In this document: piece after piece, positions 46,885 to 60,023 of the stretch
How the letters are laid out: every line of letters begins with the position of its first letter
Numbering within the stretch: the stretch's first letter is position 1
Origin: Bugula neritina
Taxonomy: Eukaryota > Animalia > Bryozoa
DNA: 64,000 bases
Direction of reading: 5' to 3'
Assembly (NCBI GenBank): GCA_964035545.1
Contig: OZ037772.1
Span: forward strand, 4,121,538-4,185,537
Made by a program: the position numbers and the translations under genes
The notes under the pieces: model-generated
Told to the model about the DNA's origin: nothing
The model's input: only the letters and a program-made list of their open reading frames with translations
The model's database searches: none

Positions 46885-49800
46885 TGTTACATATGCAACG
46901 GATGCTGCTACAGTCCTGACTATGAGAATTATATCATACCATAAAGTCATAAAGCCATAAAGCCATATAGCCATATAGCCATATAGCCATATAGCCATGA
47001 AGCATCTATTATAATTTTGTATTATGACCGGCTATCACTAAAAAGCTATGTAATATTTTTGTATATAAACAGTGAATTTTCTCTGAGCTAATTGTATTTT
47101 TCTAGAACTAAAATATACTACATTTTATGATATCTACATAAATTATCCTTTCTACTCAAGAATACAACAGGAAAAATTGGCGACGAGGATGGGATTTCTC
47201 TTTTCAGTGGACAAAGTTACCAGTGGAGTTCTACATCTACTTCAGAGTTTAACAGATAGAACTACTTACAGCAGAGGAATCTCGGACTGTTCAGAACAAT
47301 ACCAGGCTAGGCAATATCTACACTCTAATCGCCTTGTGAGTAACACAAATTAATTTTCAAAAATTTTCATAATGGCAGAAGTTGCGGAGTTAGTAGCCAT
47401 GCTTAAACAGACACAGGAAAACAATAGAAAACTAATGCAAATGCTAATGGAAGGGAGAAATGAACCTAAAGCATTACCGACAGTTTCTATACCTAATTTT
47501 CCGGCATTTGATTCGACATTAGAATTGTGGACGAACTACTGGGCTAGGTTTAACACTTTTGTAGCTGCACACGCTATTCCAGAAGACCGCAACCCAAAGA
47601 TCTTCCTAACCTCTCAGTCAGCTGCAACATATAAGATTCTAGGAAACTTATCAGCTCAGATGACACCACCAAAAGGCATCAATGAACTTACAATAGCAGA
47701 AATAACAGAATTCATGAAGGACCAGTTCGACCCAAAGAAGTTCATCATAAGAGAGCGATTCAAATTTTGGAGTGAAATGCGACGTAAACCAAGCGAGACT
47801 GTTCAGGAATTAGCTGCACGGATTCGTCAGGACGCCACAACTTGTGATTTTGCTTCTATCACCAATCCACTAGATGAAAATATGTGGACAAAATTCATTT
47901 GTTCTGTTAGCAATGAAGCAGTTCTAAAAGCGTTATTCAAAATTAAAGATGATGAATTGACCTTCACCAGAGCTGTGGAAATTGCAATTGAAACTGAAGA
48001 TGCAGCAAAGGTAGCCAAGGAAACTGCGCATGAAGTTAAGGCTACAGGTGTTAGCAAAGTTCAGACTGACAAAAGATCAACAAACAATGCTAGCAGCGTT
48101 TCTTCAACAAAGAAAGAAGATACTCAACAAAAAACCAGCTGTTACAGATGTGGAAAAATACATTCACCAAGTATTTGCAATTATAAAAATGCTCAATGCA
48201 ATTTTTGCAAAAAACTAGGTCACATAGAATCAGCATGCCGACTTAAGAAGAAATCAACATCAACATCACAACCTGTCAAAGTTATCACTTCTACCGTAAG
48301 AAGGATTGAATCTCTATCACAGTTACAACAGAAGTTACAGATAGAGAGTGTGGAATTCACTACGGAATTGGATACCGGAGCATGGGAAAATTTCATCACT
48401 GCCGAAATTTGGGAGAAACTTGATCGACCGAATTTGGAGCCAACAGAAGCACAGTACGAGTCAGCATCTAAACATCCTATTAATGTAATGGGACAATTCC
48501 AACGAGTTGCCAACATTCCTGATAAAGCCAGTGGACAGATGTTGAACTTCGTAGTCACAGAAATACCACAACTAAATCTTCTAGGACGTGACGCTATACA
48601 TAGGCTACAGATATCTATAGACGACAAGATGAAGATTCCATGTACATCATCGCCTACAAGTAATCCAGTGAACACAGTTTTCCAAGATCTTAAACCTGAC
48701 TACTCATTACAGAAAGCTTGCGAACAAGTTTGTCAAGAATTTCCAGATCTTTTCAAACCAGAACTGGGTTGTCTCAAAGATTTTGAGTTGGAGATTGAAT
48801 TCAAACCTGACTTGAAACCAGTATTCTGCAAAGCCAGACCAGTTCCATTCGCTATGCAAGACGATCTTGTCCAAGAATATGAAGCAGGAATAAGAAGAGG
48901 AGTCTGAAAACCTGTTCAGTTCAACAACTATGGCACACCAGTAGTACCAATCAGGAAAGCCGCACTCCCCGATCAACAGAAAAGAAAGCTCAGAGTGTGC
49001 GGAGATTACTCGGTGTCTATCAACAGCCAACTTGAAACTCACCGCCAACCAATGCCCTTACCAGGAGACTTGATGCAGAAGCTCAGAGGAGGATATGGAT
49101 TCACCAAAATAAACTTGGCGGATGCCTACAACCAGATTCTGTTAGCTCCAGAAAGTCAAAGAAGACTGGCTCTGAACACCCATCGAGGAGTACTTCTTCA
49201 GATGAGACTTCCTTTTGGCATTAGTTCGGCACCAGGGTACTTTCAAGAAATCATGGAGAAACTCACTAGCAACCTAGAAGGTGTGGCAGTGTATCTAGAT
49301 GATATCCTGGTCAGCGGATCAACAGCAGAGGAACACTTAAACAACCTCAGAAGACTTCTACAACGCCTAGATGAGAAAGGACTAAGATGTCGTAGAGAGA
49401 AGTGTGAATTTACAAAGCCAGCAATCCACTACCTAGGACATCTCCTCTCTAACCATGGCATAGCTAAAGGAAAGAAGGCAGACGCTGTTAAAACTATGCC
49501 GGTACCAACAGATGTATCATCACTCAAGTCATTTCTTAGATCGGTAGTATTCTACGGCAAATTCTTACCAAATTTATCTACAGTTACAGAGCCGCTACAC
49601 CATCTGACTAAAAAGAACGCTGTTTGGAAGTGGGGATCTGAAAAAGAGTCAAGCTTTCAGAAACTTAAAGAGATATTATGCTCGGACACAGTACTAGCTC
49701 ATTTTGACCCTACCTTGGAAGTCGGGATTTCCTGTGATGCCTCATCAGTGGGAATAGGAGCTGTTCTTTTTCATCGATACCCAGATAAATCAGAAAGACC

Positions 49801-51844
49801 AATCTTCAACGTTTCAAAGACACTATCTGGAACTCAGAAGAAATACGGACAGATACAGAAAGAGGCTCTAGCTATAGTGTTCGCACTAAAGAAGTTTCAT
49901 CAATACCTCTACGGCCGGCGGTTTATCTTGGTTACCGATCACCGACCATTATTGCCACTATTTGGACCTACAAAGGAGACACCAGCTTTAGCAGCCAACA
50001 GACTAGCAAGATGGGCACTGCAACTGAGTCAATACGATTATAGTATTGAGTATCGCACGACCAGCAAACACGGCAATGCAGATGCACTTAGTCGTCTGCC
50101 AGTTGGCCCAGACTTCAAGTTTGATGAGGAGGAAGATGGCGATGATATGGACACGATATGCACGATACGACTGATTTCTCAACAATTAAAGCCAACAGAT
50201 CCAAAAGTACTCCTAAAAGAAACCTTGAAAGACCCCGTTCTGTCTACAGTAATTTGCTATACAAGAGAAGGATGGCCTAAAACACTAGAAGAGACAAACA
50301 CAGAAGATGAGGACCAAGCTCATAGTGCAGCTTACAACATACAGTGTTTCAAGAAGGTGTCTGGCTCACTCTCTATCTTAGATGGATGCTTGCTGTACGG
50401 TTCAAGAGTTGTAATACCGCTTACCCTTCAGCCACAAGTTCTGCAGATTCTTCATCTAGGACACTTTGGCATGCAGCGGATGAAAAAACTCACACGTTCT
50501 GCTGTTTATTGGCCAAGAATAGACGCAGACATCATGGATGCTTGTAAATAGTGCAACTCTTGCACTGACCACCAGAAACAACCAGCCAAAGCTCCTCTCC
50601 ATCCTTGGATGATTCCAGAAAAGCCATGGAGTCGTATTCACATCGACCATGCAATCAACTTTATGGGAAGCAACTGGCTAGTAATTGTGGATGCATACTC
50701 AAAGTATCCCTGCATACATTCAACTACATCAACATCTTTGAAGAAAACTACAGAGCTTCTAGAACAAGACTTTGCACACTTTGGATATCCACACAGAATT
50801 GTATCCGACAATGCAAGCACATTCAAGTCTGAAGAGTTTCAAAGCTAGTGCCGGGATCGTGGAATAGTTCATCTATCTGGAGCCCGTTATCACCCTGCCA
50901 CAAATGGAGCAGCTGAAAGACTAGTGCAATCATTTAAACAGGCTCTAAGAAAATATAATTTACCACCAAATCTAGCTTTGACTGAATTCCTGATGCACTA
51001 TCGACGCACACCCTTGATAGGAGGATACTCGCCCAGTGAACTGCTGAATGGGAGACTGATTCGTTGCAAATTTGATGTTCTGCTACCATCACCAGCACAC
51101 CAAGCCCAAGGACGACAATCAAAAGAAGTGGAAAAGTCTACAGACCAGAAATCCACTGTATCCAAAGTTCACACCTATACAGTTGGAAGTCCTTGCTACG
51201 CATTCTATTGTGGACCCCGAAGAGACAGAGAACCACGATGGGTCCTTGCCATTGTCACAAAAGTATTGGGACCAAGAAGTATAAATGTCAAAGTCACACC
51301 AAGAGGACCAATATGGAGACGTCATATTGAACAACTATTACCACGCTACGGAGTTGAGGAAGATTCTGAACCAGCAGACGATGTGAAATCTGAAGTTCAA
51401 ATGGCTGATGTTTCAAATGACGATAGTACTGCTAACCAAACACCTCAACCATGGAGAAATCCCAGACTACCCACAGGCGGAGAGTATGGACCTGAAAATC
51501 TTAAATGGTCAAAGAGATTGGCAGCTCACCAAAATACATAGATGCATCAAAGGCTAGTGGGGAGATGTTACATATGCAACGGATGCTGCTACAGCCCTGA
51601 GAATTATATCATACCATAAAGTCATAAAGTCATAAAGCCATAAAGCCATATAGCCATATAGCCATATAGCCATGAAGCATCTATTATAATTTTGTATTAT
51701 GACCGGCTATCACTAAAAAGCTATGTAATATTTTTGTATATAAACAGTGAATTTTCTCTGAGCTAATTGTATTTTTCTAGAACTCAAATATACTACATTG
51801 TATGATATCTACATAAATTATCCTTTCTACTCAAGAATGCAACA
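46885..51844 (+). mobile_element. LTR retrotransposon D (Ty3/Gypsy, Mag-like), full length but inactivated
   Basis: LTRs at 46885-47169 and 51566-51844 differ by several substitutions and a 6-bp indel and contain an internal 8-bp tandem array. TSD CCCTC; tRNA-Ser(GCT) PBS TGGCGACGAGGATGGGAT at 47178-47195; PPT AGTGGGGAGA. Confidence 0.95.
47372..51541 (+). pseudogene. Element D gag-pol, a single frame broken by three nonsense codons
   Basis: ORFs starting at 47372, 48995, 50609 and 50924 share one frame, with stops at 48905, 50549 and 50846. Motifs: CYRC/CNFC knuckles, LDTGA, YLDD, CDAS, HLGH, SDN. The first RT Asp reads Asn (KINLADAY). Confidence 0.92.
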
Positions 51845-52593
51845 CCCTCGAAAACCCCTAGAACATGTCTGCTGTATATTATATATTTATGTGGGTGTCA
51901 GTGTGAAGTTCTGGTTTGTAAGAGAACCTGGTTTAATTGGACCACAGGGACCCAGTGGACGAGACAGAGAAAATGGAGCTCCTGGTTAACAGGTATTTCA
52001 CAAACTATTTTGAAACTCATACTTTTATTGTTCATTGTCTATGTATTCTCCACCATGTTTTTACTAGAAGTAAACTTTAATTCAGTAATAAGTTTAAAAT
52101 AAATTGTTATTTGGCATTGTACAGTTTATTATTGCCTGAATCTTGTAATACGAATATTGACAATATTAGAGCAGCAATGTGATTGGCTTAACTATACCAG
52201 AGCAGGGATTTGATTGGCTTAGCAATATCAGTGCAGCGATGTGATTAGTTTTACAATATCAGAGCAGGGATGTTATTGGTTACTCTGTTCTGTTCTGCAG
52301 GGCTTCAGAGGAGACGAGGGGAAACGGGATTGCCCTGTGCTGTAGGGGATGCTGGAAAACCCGGACCTCAATGTCCAATGGGAGAGAGCCGGTCGACTGG
52401 GCTCAAGAGATTCCTCGGACCAGCCGGTGCTCCTGGTAATCCTGGCCTGCAAGAACCGAGGTTGGTGAATAGTATCTTTGTGGGGCTCACTGCTTGTGTG
52501 GGAGTTGTCTCCTCTGAAATATTTGGAAGTGTAGCTTGAGTTCCTTGCCTTGTGTTATCAGTTAGCCACGCCTAGGTGTTTCACAGTTTATTA

Positions 52594-52948
52594 CAGGGTT
52601 GGGGTAATTGTAATTTGTAATTGTAATTGGTTGTATTTAATTACATTTTTTCAAGTAATTGAATGTAATTTGTGATTGATGTATAAAAATGTAATTGTAA
52701 TTGTAATTAATTACATATCTAATGTAATTGATTTTTACAATAACTTTACAATTACATATCAATTACTTCAACCTTTTAAATCTTAAAAAATTCATTTTTT
52801 TAACATGCCTACTGTTAAAGAACAAGTTCAGATTAAGTCAATGTAGTATAGTATCAGTGTTGAGAACAAAGGAGGTTCCCCCCTGTCAAAAATGCCCCTG
52901 TTAGTTGGACCCTAGAAGTGAAATTGCATGTGATTGACCCCAACCCTG
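52594..52948. mobile_element. hAT-type MITE (355 bp)
   Basis: TIRs CAGGGTTGGGGT and ACCCCAACCCTG; 8-bp TSD GTTTATTA at 52586-52593 and 52949-52956; internal (GTAATT)n repeats. Confidence 0.9.
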
Positions 52949-53526
52949 GTTTATTATGGAGCTCATACTTTTATTGTTCAAGGTCTAGATGTATTCTCCA
53001 CCATGTTTTTACTAGAAGTAAACTTTAATTTGGTAATAAGTTTACAATAAATTGTTGTTTGGCATTGTACAGTTTATTGTTGCCTGAATATTGTTACGAG
53101 AGTATTGACTGGCTTGATAATATCAGAGTAGTGATGTGATTGGCTACTCTGTTCTGTTCTGCAGGGCCATGCCTACTTGTATTATAAGTTAATCTTGTTT
53201 TGCAGTGAACAGAAAGGGGTAATGGGTCCCAAAAGACATCCGGGATCTTACCATGGAGAGGAAGGGTTCACCCGATGGTGATGGCCTGCCTGGTATATCC
53301 GGCAATCCTGGAGGTGCAGGAGAAAGGAGACCACCTGGTTTTGCAGGAGATACCGGACTTTTTGGAGAACCAGGTAATATTTATGCTCAATCGAGTTTAA
53401 TCTGTCAAGTTAAGTTGAGTACTTTTTCGTTTTCGTTATTTTATGTTTGTTACGTGGAAAAGGGAAAAAACTCTGTCTTGGAGCATTTTTGTTTTTTCAG
53501 AGAGCTTTGGATTATTTGATTATGGT

Positions 53527-54167
53527 CTACACAGGGGTGTAGACAGACAAAACTACACAGTGGTGTAGACAGACTAAACTACATAGGGGTGTAAACAGAC
53601 AAAACTACACAGTGGTGTAGACAGACTAAACTAGACAGGGGTGTAGACAGACTAAACTACGCAGGGGTGTAGACAGAATAAACTACACAGGGGTGTAAAC
53701 AGACAAAACTACACAGTGGTGTAGACAGACTAAACTAGACAGGGGTGTAGACAGACTAAACTACACAGTGGTGTAGACAGACTAAACTACACAGGGGTGT
53801 AAACAGACAAAACTACACAGTGGTGTAGACAGACTAAACTAGACAGGGGTGTAGACAGACTAAACTACATAGGGGTGTAGACAGACTAAACTACACAGTG
53901 ATGTAGACAGACTAAACTACATAGGGGTGTAAACAGACAAAACTACACAGTGGTGTTGACAGACTAAACTAGACAGGGGTGTAGACAGACTAAACTACAT
54001 AGGGGTGTAGACAGACTAAACTACACAGTGGTGTAGACAGACTAAACTACATAGGGATGTAAACAGACAAAACTACACAGTGGTGTAGACAGACTAAACT
54101 AGACAGGGGTGTAGACAGACTAAACTACGCAGGGGTGTAGACAGAATAAACTACGCAGGGGTGTAAA
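53527..54167. repeat. Intronic minisatellite, 26-bp unit, ~24 copies
   Basis: CTACACAG(G/T)GGTGTAGACAGACTAAA head-to-tail with no spacers. Confidence 0.95.
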
Positions 54168-54495
54168 CTTACTACGAACGTATAACTACCCTGTGTCATG
54201 CTGTCATGACGTCTCTATTCTCTCCTATAATTTGACTTTTATTTACTGAGCAGATTTCAAGTGGGCTATTCTATAGTGACCAGTCACACTGTTTATTATA
54301 GCAACATAGAAATCAAGTTGAAAACTAGTTGCACCTGTTGTGATGCTATCAATGGGTGCTTACAGGTAGAGACGGAGTACCTGGACCTGTTGAGATCGGT
54401 TATCAGGTAAACAAGGAGATCAAGGTCCTGCAGGTAAGAATGAGGAGTTACTCACTCTTGTTTGGGTATTTCTATTCTTTTTAGGTATTCTATAA

Positions 54496-54633
54496 TATGC
54501 TGGGGTTCCCCTCACACCTATGCTATATGCTGGGATTTCCCTCACACCTATGCTGTATGCTGGGATTTCCCTCACACTTATGCTATATGCTGGGATTCCC
54601 CTCACACTTATGCTATATGCTGGGGTTCTCCTC
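54496..54633. repeat. Minisatellite, 30-bp unit x~4.5
   Basis: ATGCTGGGATTxCCCTCACACxTATGCTAT repeats. Confidence 0.9.
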
Positions 54634-57600
54634 GCAGCTAGTCTGCACTAAACCAGGGTGTAGGCTAAGTAATCATACTGAATCCCAGCAGTGCTTGTTA
54701 CTTCAACTGACAGGATTACTGTGTATGATAGTTACTCTGACTGGTCTCCATGGATCATTTTTACCATACTGTTTACCACATGATGCATTGTCTGAGTAAA
54801 AACAAGGAAACAAAGAAATATACCAGAAATGTTGAGAAATTTTGTGTTCCAGAATTAATAAATGACTACTTGTAATGCATACTGGTGCTGCTTGGTTCAT
54901 AGGACAAGCCGGACAAGCTGGAGAACCCGGTCTGAATGGCAGAAATGGAAAGACAGGAGAAACTGGACCAGCTGGTATGCCTGGTCGAACTGGCTCAATG
55001 GGATTCACAGGAGAACTCGGATCTGATGGAAGGTATTTTTTGTGCTTTACTTCGCCCTATTCAGCTTCTTGGAACTTTTTATTTGATTTAGTTTTTATAA
55101 TTTGTTGTCAATTTTTTCAGAGACGGTTTACCTGGAGTACCGGGTGCTGATGGTAGACCTGGGGAGCAGGGTGATCAAGGACCTCCTGACCCCACGGGTC
55201 CAGTGGGAATCCCCGGTAACCAGGGACCTGAAGGTGCTCAAGGAGACAAGGGTGATAAGGCAGGAACATTCTTTATTCAGTTTTCTATTTATTTCAGTTC
55301 TCTGGTTTTCCACTAGTCAATCCTTTAGTTGTTTATTTGTTTTAGTTTATTTATGTTAATACTAGAGTTGCTTCAGTGACACCACATCATGTAATATATT
55401 ACATAACAATACAGTATAATACACCATAATATAATATGTTATACAATACAATAATATTGCAGAAAATATAATTCAATAATATCTCACAGCTAAGGTGTCT
55501 CCTAAATATATTCTATACTATAGGGGCCAGCTGGGCCACAGGGTGCTTCTGGACCAACTGGATTGTCTGGACCAGCGGGTCCACGTGGGCCAACTGGTCC
55601 TCAAGGACCCCAGGGAGCTTCCGGGAATTCCCGGCGAACAAGGACCTAAAGGTATAAATTAAGTTGAACCAATCTTTGTCCTTAGTTATTGGCCATGAAC
55701 AAAATCATGGCTCTAAGAGTTATCCTTCTTGGTAAGAAGATAAGGCAATTCCTAAGTCATGATAATATGAATATCATCTGCTGTTGTAGGACCCACTGGT
55801 TTCCAGGGACCTCAGGGATTCCTCGGAGCTCCTGTTATTGATGGTGAAAGGGGAGATGTTGGATCAGTTGGCATTGCTGGACCACCCGGGCTACGGGGTG
55901 CTGATGGCAAAGAAGGAATAACTGGATCTTCTGGTGCTACGGGGCCACCTGGACCTGATGGTGCTGAGGTAAACACTTACACTGCTAACAGGTTATTGTT
56001 ATTCATCTTGTTGGTTTAGTGGTAATAAACCAATAGTCTGTAGGGCCTATTTCTAGGGTGAGCAAAGGAGAGATGGGGAGATGGGTAGTCTTGGCAGACC
56101 TGGACCTCCTGGTGAAGCCCCAGTATTTGGTTAGTTATAAGCAAAACCAAGTTATCGTTCATCACTTGTATCTTTTTCATTCTCTTTCAACTGTGTATTG
56201 GTAATATTTTGGGAATTTCATCCATAGCTTGTGATTGAAGCTTTTATTTTATTCTACCATGGGTTATGTTAGGTGCGCCCCCTATGATGATGAGTGCAAT
56301 GATGTCCAACTGTAAAGGTGTACAAGCTGATGATGCAGGCGCCAACAATCAGCTCTATAATATGTACCTCAGTGAGTAATGGTCATGATGTGATTTGATG
56401 TTGCCTGCTTTGTAGCGGAAAGGCTCTTTTTGAATGCTGTTTTGGAACTCAATTGACAGACTTGTTTCAAATTGTTTGTATATTTTTGCAGACAAACATT
56501 TTTTTAATTAACGGCTAGAAACTATTGTAATAAAAATATAGACAGCTGTTGTAATGTATTTCTCCTCCTAGCATTGATGATTGACATTCTTGTTTGATGA
56601 GTCACCTATTTAGTTCGCTTCTCCAGTCAAATGTTGCTACATTCTGACATATTATATAATGTTGGTTTTATTGCTGTTAGCTTACATTACTACTTCCACC
56701 TTATTTCTCTAGAAACAAAAGTAAGGGACGGGTCCAAAGACAGCCCTGTTAGAGACTGTAGAGAACTTTTCACTGAAAACCCAGAGTTCAAGAGTGGAAC
56801 CTAATGGGTGAGAGAAGATGCTGATATGTTTCTTTTTTCTCTGCTCAGAGGAAATCTGCATCCAAGTCTAATGACTGAAATTTTGTGAACATGTTTTACA
56901 TTCTACAATTACTACTCCTGAGATGTCAATATAATGTCATGTGAAGTTTCCACAGATATTTAATGAATTGTTGTTTAGGAAGAAGAGTTTTCCCATGAGT
57001 TGCCTGTAATATATAATTCTGTAGATTCAACAGCTGAACATGTTTTAGTAGTTTTATTTGATATTAGCATTGTGTTAGTGTGAAATAGAGAAGTTGTATT
57101 CTCTATTGTTTGTTGTCAGGTGGATCCAGATGGTGGCTCCATAGCTAATGCTATCCAGGCTTACTGTCGCAAGGAAAGGAAGAGCACTTGCATCAATGCC
57201 AAGACCTCTGAGTTTGCCACCAAATCGTACGTCACCCAGCAGCTAGATAATCAGCCATTCGTTGCTAAACACATGGGAACAGCACTCGTGAGTGTTTATC
57301 TTGTATCAACCATGACTGTCTTAGTAATAGTAAAGAATATCCAAGAGTTTTATGTTGAGAATTGTCGCTATAGTAACATATTTGTTTACTGTATGGATGT
57401 TGATAAGTGTTGCTATAGTAACATGTTGGTTTCCTGTATGGATTGTAGTTTGAGTATCAGGCAGAGTTTTCCCAACTCAACTTCCTTCGAATTCACTCTG
57501 AGAGAGCAAAGCAAACCCTGACTTACAGGTAATAGTCACTGCTAGCAGTTTATCAAATAGTCACTAGTTGCTAGTCGCTAATCAGGTAATATTCACTACC

Positions 57601-57909
57601 AACAGTTTACCAAATAGTCACTAGTCAGTATTCACTAGTCACTAGTTGCCAATCACCAGATACTAGTCCTCTACTATGTTGCAAGTCACTTGATAATCTG
57701 AACAATTACTGGCTTCTTCTTAAGCTGAGCGAGTTGTTGGCATGACTATTCCTTTTGCTGATTGTAGATGTATAAACTCAGTGGCAGTACAAGATGCATA
57801 CGGTAGGAAGAATAAGTCAGTCATTTTATATACAGCTGGTGATAAAGAAAACACAGCGACAGTCAGCAGGCTCCAATCTTCAGTGCTGCAGGTTGATTGC
57901 AAGGTATGT

Positions 57910-58020
57910 AAATCTGACCTGTATAATATAAATCTGATCTATATAGTGTAATTTTGACCTATATAGTGTAAACCTGATCTATATAGTGTAAATCTGACTT
58001 ACATAGTGTAAATATGACCT
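57910..58020. repeat. Minisatellite, 20-bp unit x~5
   Basis: AAATCTGACCTATATAGTGT-like repeats in a collagen intron. Confidence 0.8.
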
Positions 58021-59010
58021 GCATATGCGCATGATTGCGATAGTTGCATCTTTTGTTCTATTAATTTACTGTGGAGCTTGCTTTTGAGGCTTGTAATAAA
58101 TGTTTACGAGTTCAACCCAAAAGCCACTTTGAGTGCTGTACGAGTTTAGAGTTTTGAGTTTGCCGTCTGCCATTTTGTAGTATGCCAAATCATCAGAAGC
58201 TCAGACAGTGATTGAGATTGACACCAAGACCGCCACCCACTTGCCTATTATTGACATTGCTCCTGGTGACATCGGGACCACCCACAAAGAGTTTGGGGTT
58301 CAGCTTGGAGAAGTCTGCTTTTCATAGACTCATATCTAACAACAGTTTTATTTGTCTGATTTGTAAGACTGTCCCTGATTAGATAATTAGTGGCCAATCA
58401 GAGAATGCAATCAATGTTTGGTTGGCTGAGACCAGCGGTCTGATTTTTATATAACCTAATTTTTAAATGAAAGATTTGATTACTCTAAATGAATTTATCC
58501 GAGACTTCCAAGGCAGTGATGGTGATTTTTGCACATATAAATTTGAAGGAGTTTAGCTATAGGGTTTATGCTGTTTTTTAATTATTCCACCATAACCTGA
58601 GATTGTGAGTAGTAATTCTAGAATGAGATAGGGAGGGTGTTATGCCCCTCCCTATGATTTTATATATTTAGAAACTGTTGTTAATTTAGTAATTCTGTTG
58701 GTGCTACATTTTTGAATTTATTTAATCCAATCATTTCTCTAATATTGCAAAATATATTTTACCATACAGCACTACACAACTTATTTCTCAGCTTGTAAAT
58801 TTCATCATCAAAATTATTGCAGTTTTCAGATCTGATTATTTAACCTATTTATCCTGAAATTAGACATTGTTAGTTTAAAATGGAATTTTACATATATTTT
58901 AGTTACTTAGTTCCAACTGTGTTGACCATATCAACATTTTAAATTTTACTTTGGCTGCTATGAAGTATATAAGCAAATGGCATTAAGTTATTAATATATA
59001 ATAAGGTTTG

Positions 59011-59336
59011 CAAAGACTTAATATACCAAGCAACTGTGACAAGACATGACAATAACTCCAGCCAATCATACATAGGACTTTGTTCAACTACCTTCAAAGC
59101 CAGACTCAACAACCATAAAGCCTCTTTCCTACATGCAGATAAAGCCAACAGCACACAACTCAGCAGACAATACCGGGATTTAGAACAAAACACGAAATTC
59201 AGCCTAAAATGGATTATTTTAAAAAATTTGTAGATCATACTCAAACCTAATCAACAGATGTAACTCATGTAGCTATGAGAAATATGTAATTTTGAAACAA
59301 CCGGAGTTATCCACTCTCAACAAACGCAAAGAGTGA
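59011..59336 (+). mobile_element. Penelope-like element fragment: degenerate GIY-YIG endonuclease
   Basis: LIYQATV..SYIGLCSTTFKARLNNHKASF..STQLS..KWIIL, then after a lesion RCNSCSYEKYVIL..TLNKRKE, which is the C-terminal pattern of Penelope-type endonucleases. Confidence 0.85.
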
Positions 59337-59535
59337 AGTGTGAGAATTCCACGCTAGTGACCTGCCACACACAGTGCGTGTGTTGCGAGTGCAAAATATT
59401 ATTAGCAAATGATGTTAGCGTTAAACTTTACTGCTCGCCTACAGACGTTTGTTTTTAAACAGCGTCACCGGGCAAAGTAATTTGGATATTCTAAAAGCGG
59501 AAATGCAAAATATATAAAACTGTTTTAATTCAGCT

Positions 59536-59689
59536 CAGTATATTATGTTATACAGTATATTATGTCATACAGTATATTATGTTATACAGTATACTATGTT
59601 ATACAGTATATTATGTTATACAGTATACTATGTTATACAGAATATTATGTTATACAGTATACTATGTTATACAGTATATTATGTTATAT
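59536..59689. repeat. Minisatellite, 17-bp unit x~9, interrupted by element E
   Basis: CAGTATA(T/C)TATGTTATA repeats end exactly at the LTR TG. Confidence 0.9.
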
Positions 59690-60023
59690 TGTAGTGAGGA
59701 CGTAATACGCGCGTCCCCCAAACCCCTTCAGCCTATCCGAGTGCGTCACGTGATAACCCTCAGCTAGTAGTAGTTTGTCAGTAGAGAGAGCGTACTAACT
59801 AAGCGAAGATGTAATCTCTAATCTGTGTACGTGCTGTATCTTTTATATAATTAGTAGCGAATAAACTTTGGAAACTCTTACTTAAATACTTTATTGATGT
59901 GGATAAATAGACTATAATTACAAGCTAGGAACCCACGCATAGTAATTACACAAATTACTACAGTGGTGGCAGCAGTGGGATTTCTAGCTACTGTATAAGA
60001 ACAATGAGAAGTATTAGAACATC

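Larger units (their letters stand above)
46797..51873 (-). mobile_element. tRNA-Thr(AGT) SINE, copy 3, split by element D (parts ~46797-46884 and ~51850-51873)
   Basis: The rejoined minus strand reads ..CCTAGTAAACACG..GGTTCGAGCC..GGCTATGGGCGATGTTAGGAAAAACATCCAGTC, matching the copy at 17313. Confidence 0.7.
51894..58327 (+). pseudogene. Fibrillar collagen alpha chain, 3' portion only (Gly-X-Y exons plus COLFI C-propeptide), degenerate
   Basis: Gly-X-Y exons near 51894, 52301, 53206, 54366, 54903, 55121, 55524, 55790 and 56057; telopeptide KGVQADD. COLFI exons read DGSKDSPVRDCREL..SGT*W, VDPDGG..AIQAYC, QLNFLR..QTLTY, CINSVA and LPIIDIAPGDIG..EFGVQLGEVCFS*. There are many Gly-to-Arg/Cys/Glu changes, frameshifts and a TAA at 56802-56804. 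Confidence 0.92.

Noticed and set aside
53527-54167. Possible CRISPR array
   Set aside because: The units are head-to-tail with no unique spacers and lie in a eukaryotic intron; this is a minisatellite.
47372-58327. G-to-A and C-to-T lesions as editing or hypermutation
   Set aside because: They occur in host pseudogenes and TEs alike on both strands, and ordinary AT-biased decay explains them.
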